From an uncultured Acetobacteraceae bacterium (GTDB lineage Bacteria; Pseudomonadota; Alphaproteobacteria; Acetobacterales; Acetobacteraceae): 64,000 bases of DNA. The notes beneath the pieces were generated by a model, which saw nothing but the letters and a program-made list of their open reading frames with translations, was not told the DNA's origin and made no database searches. This document shows, piece after piece, positions 59,550-64,000 of the stretch. Within the stretch, counting starts at the first letter, position 1; every line of letters starts with the position of its first letter. The stretch lies in the NCBI GenBank assembly GCA_964235495.1, contig CAXSAX010000005.1:35935-99934 (forward strand). The letters run 5' to 3'. A program made the translations under genes and the position numbers.

Positions 59550-59580
59550 GTGGATGACCGGGCCAAGCCCGGCCATGACG
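59550..59580. repeat. REP-like hairpin GTGGATGACCGGGCCAAGCCCGGCCATGACG (one arm only)
   Basis: Stem CCGGGC-CAA-GCCCGG. Resembles the GGATGGCCGGGnCAAGCCCGGCCATGACG repeat I recall from alphaproteobacterial genomes. Ends 10 bp before the serS ATG. Confidence 0.6.
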
Positions 59581-59590
59581 GTAGGGACTG

Positions 59591-60853
59591 ATGCAAGACA
59601 TCCGAGCTGTTCGCGACGATATCGATGCTTTTCGCGCGGCGATGAACCGGCGCTCAATCAGCATTGACGTTGAGGAAATAAGTCGTACTGACGCGAATCT
59701 GAGGCGAACCGTCACTGAGCTGGGCGGGTTGCAGGCTGAACGAAACGCTCATTCGAAGCTTGTCGGCGAGCAGCGCCGCAAGGGCCATGACACGCTGGCG
59801 CTTGAGGCAGGGGCAGTGGGCATCCGCGACCGGATATTGAGCTTGCAAGCCGCGGAACAGGGCTTCAGCGTGCATCTACAAAGCCTTTTAGCCAGCCTCC
59901 CCAACATCCTCGACCCCGACGTGCCGGACGGCGCCGACGAGTCCGCCAACCTCGTCGTCAAGCAGCACGGCGAGCCGGCCGCCCTCACTGCCGCCCGCCA
60001 GCACTTCGAGCTCGGCGAGGCCCTCGGCCTGATGGACTTCGCCGCCGCCGCCAAGATCGCCGGCTCCCGTTTCACCGTGCTGCGCGGCGGCCTCGCCCGC
60101 ATGGAGCGCGCCCTCGGCCAGTGGATGCTCGACCTGCACACGGCCGAGCACGGCTACGAGGAGGTCGCCGTCCCGCTGCTGGTGAACGAGGCCACGGCCT
60201 ACGGCTCCAACCAGCTGCCCAAGTTCGCCGAGGACATGTTCCAGACCAAAGACGGCCGTTGGCTCATCCCCACCGCCGAGGTGCCGCTCACCAACCTGGC
60301 CGCCGGCGAGATCATCCCCGAGGCCCGCCTGCCGCTGCGCATGGCCGCGCTCACCGACTGCTTCCGCTCGGAGGCCGGGTCGGCCGGGCGGGACACCCGG
60401 GGGATGCTGCGCCAGCACCAGTTCCGCAAGGTCGAGCTGGTCTCCATCACCCGACCGGGAGACAGCGACGCCGAGCACGAGCGCATGACGCGCTGCGCCG
60501 AGACGGTGCTGGAGCGGCTGGGCATCCCGTACCGCCGGATGCTGCTCTGCGCCGGGGACACCGGGTTCGGCGCCGCCAAGACCTTCGACCTGGAGGTCTG
60601 GCTGCCGGGGCAGGGGGCCTGGCGGGAGATCAGCTCCTGCTCCAACACCCGCGCCTTCCAGGCCCGCCGCATGAACGCGCGCTGGCGCCCGGCGGAGGGC
60701 AAGCCCGAGTTTGTCCACACCCTCAACGGCTCCGGCGTCGCGGTCGGCCGGGCGCTCATCGCGGTGATGGAAACCTGCCAGCAGCCGGACGGCTCAATCA
60801 CCGTGCCGGACGTGCTGCGCCCCTACATGGCCGGGCAGGAGCGCATCGGCTGA
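59591..60853 (+). CDS. serS: Serine--tRNA ligase
   Basis: [58 protein letters not shown]. Confidence 0.98.
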   Translation: MQDIRAVRDDIDAFRAAMNRRSISIDVEEISRTDANLRRTVTELGGLQAERNAHSKLVGEQRRKGHDTLALEAGAVGIRDRILSLQAAEQGFSVHLQSLLASLPNILDPDVPDGADESANLVVKQHGEPAALTAARQHFELGEALGLMDFAAAAKIAGSRFTVLRGGLARMERALGQWMLDLHTAEHGYEEVAVPLLVNEATAYGSNQLPKFAEDMFQTKDGRWLIPTAEVPLTNLAAGEIIPEARLPLRMAALTDCFRSEAGSAGRDTRGMLRQHQFRKVELVSITRPGDSDAEHERMTRCAETVLERLGIPYRRMLLCAGDTGFGAAKTFDLEVWLPGQGAWREISSCSNTRAFQARRMNARWRPAEGKPEFVHTLNGSGVAVGRALIAVMETCQQPDGSITVPDVLRPYMAGQERIG

Positions 60854-60875
60854 GCTGTCCGCTGGGCACGGCTTG

Positions 60876-60894
60876 ATGTAAACCCTGCTCACAT
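60876..60894. promoter_or_regulatory. Putative TetR operator 1, ATGTAAACCCTGCTCACAT
   Basis: Imperfect palindrome overlapping the tetR start codon. Matches 61555..61573. Confidence 0.6.
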
Positions 60895-61510
60895 GGCCTC
60901 CGCCCGCGACAGCTACCACCACGGCAACCTGCGCGAGGCGCTGATCGATGCGGCCCTGCGCCTGATCGCCGAGCGCGGCTTGGGCGGCTTCGCCTTCGCC
61001 GAGCTGGCCCGCGCCGCCGGTGTCAGCCCCGCCGCGCCCTACCGGCACTTCCGCGACCGCGGCGCCCTGGTGTCCGAGCTGGCCCGGCGCGGCTTCGAGC
61101 AGTTGCGCGACGAGCTGCACGCCGCCTGGTGCGACGGCCAACCGGACCCGGCGGCCGCCATCGAGCGCTGCGGCCGCGCCTACCTCGCCTTTGCCCGGCG
61201 CGACCCGGCCAGCTACGCCGCCATGTTCGACGGCGCGGTGGGCGACACAGAACCGTCACTCCGCATCGCCGCCGATGCCGCCTTCGCCACCATCCGCACC
61301 GCCGCCGACGCCGCCTGCGCCGCAGCACCGCCGCGGGGCCGCCCGCCGGCCCTGATGGTGGCGCTGCACGTCTGGTCGCTTTGCCACGGCATCGCGGCCC
61401 TGTTCACCGGCGTAGCCTCGCCGGGCCGCCGGCCGCTGCCGATGACGGCGGAGGAGCTGCTGGAAGCCGGGCTGCTGGTCTACCTGCGCTCCCTCGGGCT
61501 CGGCGGATAA
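60893..61510 (+). CDS. TetR/AcrR-family regulator (WHG-type C-terminal region)
   Basis: YHHGNLREALIDAA, ELARAAGVSPAAPYRHF, HVWSLCHGIA. Confidence 0.93.
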   Translation: MASARDSYHHGNLREALIDAALRLIAERGLGGFAFAELARAAGVSPAAPYRHFRDRGALVSELARRGFEQLRDELHAAWCDGQPDPAAAIERCGRAYLAFARRDPASYAAMFDGAVGDTEPSLRIAADAAFATIRTAADAACAAAPPRGRPPALMVALHVWSLCHGIAALFTGVASPGRRPLPMTAEELLEAGLLVYLRSLGLGG

Positions 61511-61554
61511 CAAGTTCGTGAGCATCTTTACGCGATGGTCAGGACAGCGCATCT

Positions 61555-61573
61555 ATGTAAATGTGATTAACAT
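61555..61573. promoter_or_regulatory. Putative TetR operator 2, ATGTAAATGTGATTAACAT
   Basis: AT-rich imperfect palindrome 19 bp upstream of the DUF2852 start. Matches 60876..60894. Confidence 0.6.
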
Positions 61574-61592
61574 TCACTCCCGGAGCCGTTCC

Positions 61593-61982
61593 ATGTCGTA
61601 CGTCACTGCCCGCCTGGATGAAGTCGGCCGTCCCGCCTGGATCGCGCTGACCATCCTGGGCTTCTGGTTCTGGTGGCCGGTCGGCCTGGCCGTGCTTGCC
61701 TACTGCGCCTTCAGCCGCCGCCGCCACCGCGCCATGGCCGGCAAGTGGCGGTTCCCGGAGATGGAGCGCTACGGCCGCGGCTTCTCCTATGCCGCCCCGT
61801 CCGGCAATCGCGCGTTCGACGAGTACCGTTCAGACACGCTGCGCCGGCTGGAGGATGAGCAGAAGGAATTCGTGGAATACCTGGACCGACTGCGCCAGGC
61901 GCGCGACAAGCAGGAGTTCGACCAGTTCATGGCCGACCGCCGGCAACGCCCGGCCCGCACGGACGAGGCGGGGCAGCAGTAA
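61593..61982 (+). CDS. DUF2852-family protein
   Basis: WIALTILGFWFWWPVGLA and SGNRAFDEYRSDTLRRLEDEQKEFVEYLDRLRQARDKQEFDQFM. Confidence 0.88.
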   Translation: MSYVTARLDEVGRPAWIALTILGFWFWWPVGLAVLAYCAFSRRRHRAMAGKWRFPEMERYGRGFSYAAPSGNRAFDEYRSDTLRRLEDEQKEFVEYLDRLRQARDKQEFDQFMADRRQRPARTDEAGQQ

Positions 61983-61986
61983 GCAA

Positions 61987-62096
61987 CGGGGCTCTGCCCC
62001 GCACCGCGCCAGAGGACGAAGTCCTCTGGCCACCTTTGTGTAAAGGGGTGGTGAAGGGGACTTCGTCTCCTTCCGGGTGCAGGGCAGCGCCCTGCC
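61987..62096. repeat. ~110-bp nested-palindrome intergenic element, copy 2
   Basis: GGGGCTCTGCCCCGCACC...AGAGGACGAAGTCCTCT...AAGGGGACTTCGTCTCCTT...GGGTGCAGGGCAGCGCCCTGCC. Aligns to the reverse complement of 28323..28432. Confidence 0.8.
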
Positions 62097-62101
62097 GCTT
62101 G

Positions 62102-62821
62102 CTACCCCAAGGTCATGCTGAACAGCTGCGTCATCGACGCCCACGACTCCGCATCCGACTCCGCGCTGTAGCGGATCGCATCCGGCATGTTGGCCTTGGC
62201 GGCCTGCTGGTTGGTGAAGCTGTGCACCGTGCCGCCATACACGTGCAGCCGGTAGTCGGCATGAGCTTCCTTCATCTCCGCCTCGAACGCATTGCGCTGC
62301 TCCAGTGGAATCATGGGATCGTCGGCGCCGATGCACACCATCACGCGCGGCTTGATGGTTCCGGGCTGCACCTTGGGCGTCGCCGTGCCCAGGCCGCTGT
62401 GGAAGCCGACCGCCGCCTTCAGCGCCGACCCGCCGCGGGCCAGCTCCAGCGCCATAGTGCCGCCGAAGCAGAAGCCGATCGCTGCCACCCGGCCCCCATC
62501 GACCTCTGGCCGCAACGTGAGCGCCTGCAAGCCGCCGCCCGCGCGGGCCCGGGTGCGGTCGGGCGCCTCGAACAACGGCTTCAGCAGGCCGATCGCCTCC
62601 TCAAGCCCCGTGATCACCTTGCCATCGCCATGCAGGTCGCAGGCGAGCGCCACATAGCCCATCTTGGCCAGCCGCTCGGCGCGGCCGATCGCGTGCTCCC
62701 CGAGGCCGAATGCCTCCGGGAACACCAGCACACCGGCGCGCGGGCCGGTGGCGGGCTCAAAGAACAACTGGCTCTGCATCGTCAGGCCGTCGGCCTGGTA
62801 GGTCATCATCTCGTGCTGCAT
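62102..62821 (-). CDS. Dienelactone hydrolase family protein
   Basis: VLVFPEAFGL, nucleophile motif IGFCFGG, VGFHSGL, YGGTVHSFTN. Start at 62821. Confidence 0.92.
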   Translation of the reverse strand: MQHEMMTYQADGLTMQSQLFFEPATGPRAGVLVFPEAFGLGEHAIGRAERLAKMGYVALACDLHGDGKVITGLEEAIGLLKPLFEAPDRTRARAGGGLQALTLRPEVDGGRVAAIGFCFGGTMALELARGGSALKAAVGFHSGLGTATPKVQPGTIKPRVMVCIGADDPMIPLEQRNAFEAEMKEAHADYRLHVYGGTVHSFTNQQAAKANMPDAIRYSAESDAESWASMTQLFSMTLG

Positions 62822-62995
62822 GACGCGCCACCCTTTCGGTTTCGCCGCTCTTAGCCCGGCGCGGCATGAACGGCCACGCTTGATCCCATCACGAAATGGA
62901 GTCTCGTGGCCGCCCCGCGGACGTGCGCGGCGAAGGGCTAGGGAACCAGCACGCCACTCGGATCGCTTGCGCCCTGCAAGCATCAGGATGGCATC

Positions 62996-63361
62996 ATGGA
63001 CGACGTGCTGACGGCCGGCTCGCCGGTCGAGCTCGAGGCCAAGGCGGCTGAGGCCGGACTGCCGGAAACGGACCGGGACGTGGCGCTGGCGCTGTTCCAC
63101 GACCTGACCAGCCGGCTGGAGTTGCGGCTGCTCGAAACGCCCGCCGATGGTGGCGAGCCCTGGCCGCGGCACCGTTTCTGGTTCGGCCCGGCCGCCGCGG
63201 TCGGCACCATCACGGAGCGCCTGCGGGCGGCGGAGGACGCGGCGGAGGCGCCCGCCACGGCCGCCATCGTGTTCGTGACGGCGGAGGAGGGGCCGTTGGC
63301 CGGGTTGCTGGCCGCCGGGTCGCGCAGCGACTGGCTGGCGGCGCTCGACGGCCCGGCGTGA
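62996..63361 (+). CDS. Hypothetical protein, 121 aa
   Basis: Host-like codon usage. Stop lies 5 bp before the FNT gene, so the two are probably co-transcribed. Confidence 0.65.
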   Translation: MDDVLTAGSPVELEAKAAEAGLPETDRDVALALFHDLTSRLELRLLETPADGGEPWPRHRFWFGPAAAVGTITERLRAAEDAAEAPATAAIVFVTAEEGPLAGLLAAGSRSDWLAALDGPA

Positions 63362-63366
63362 CGCCG

Positions 63367-64000
63367 ATGGACGCGGGCCAAGGCGGCGCGGCGGGCGAGG
63401 ACTCCGCCCACCTCAGCAAGGGCGGCCGCAAGCAGGCGGGCGAGAGCATGCCGCTCAGCCCGCTGGTAATCCACGAGGTGATCCGCGAGCAGGGCCTGGC
63501 GGAGGTCAGCCGCTCGTTCAGCGGCCTGGCGTTCTCCGGCCTCGCGGCGGGGCTGTCGATCGGGTTCTCCTTCCTGATCCAGGCGGCGTTGCAGGCGGGG
63601 CTGCCGGATGCGCCCTGGCGTCCGTTGGTCGCCTGCTTCGGCTACACCTTCGGCTTCCTGATCGTGGTGCTCGGGCAGCAGCAGCTGTTCACCGAAACCA
63701 CGCTGACCGCCGTGCTGCCGGCGCTGACGGAGCGCACGCTGGCCATGGTCGGGCAGATGCTGCGCGTGTGGGGCATCGTGCTGGTCGCCAACCTGATCGG
63801 CACGGTTCTGCTGGGAGCCTTGCTGGCGCGGTCTGAGGTGATGCCGGCCGACATGACCGCTGCCATGGACGACCTCGCCAGCCACGCCTTCCAGGCCTCC
63901 TTCGGCCACGGCGTGCTGATGGCCGCCTTTGCCGGCTGGCTGATCGGGCTGATGGTGTGGCTGCTGCCGCCGTCGCGCTCGGCCAAGCCGCTGATCATCA
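63367..64000 (+). CDS. Formate/nitrite transporter (FNT) family protein, YfdC-like (truncated by window end)
   Basis: Manual translation from ATG at 63367: ...HEVIREQG...SGLAAGLSIGFS...GYTFGFLIVVLGQQQLFTETT...VWGIVLVANLIG...AGWLIGLMVWLLP. Confidence 0.85.
   Translation, partial: MDAGQGGAAGEDSAHLSKGGRKQAGESMPLSPLVIHEVIREQGLAEVSRSFSGLAFSGLAAGLSIGFSFLIQAALQAGLPDAPWRPLVACFGYTFGFLIVVLGQQQLFTETTLTAVLPALTERTLAMVGQMLRVWGIVLVANLIGTVLLGALLARSEVMPADMTAAMDDLASHAFQASFGHGVLMAAFAGWLIGLMVWLLPPSRSAKPLII

Noticed and set aside
62822-62900. GAAACCGAAAGG hairpin upstream of the hydrolase, considered as a c-di-GMP riboswitch
   Set aside because: It lacks the second stem and the conserved linker of that aptamer.

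Overview
GC-rich (about 70%) chromosomal segment from an alphaproteobacterium. Gene content and order suggest Acetobacteraceae/Rhodospirillales (inference). It is mostly housekeeping and transport genes. From left to right: an RND efflux operon (outer-membrane factor, mdtABC-like genes, serine hydrolase); a Liv-type ABC operon; a SAM methyltransferase; a Pat-type acetyltransferase; phaC; an aminotransferase-hom-glpX-recJ-tRNA-Glu block; ggt, yceI, azoR and a LysR regulator; a nucleoside/purine ABC operon with hpxZ; hpnI; two peptide ABC clusters; ispH-thrB-rnhA; nagZ-protease-scpAB-tatBC-serS; TetR-DUF2852; a dienelactone hydrolase; and an FNT channel. No integrase, transposase, prophage or CRISPR array was seen. 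The most interesting signal is a pair of related small, lower-GC genes. Both start MPL(T/S)xD(Q/*)E and carry RWE followed by a transmembrane helix, and they sit 55 kb apart inside normally contiguous operons (mdtB/mdtC and tatC/serS). One copy has a TAG exactly where the other has CAG. The copy next to serS lies in a ~640 bp atypical patch that also appears to supply the first 100 codons of serS. Also seen: two copies of a ~110 bp nested-palindrome element, a shared 19 bp operator-like motif before tetR and DUF2852, and a sigma54-like promoter. All GC and codon counts are hand counts, and no database searches were run.
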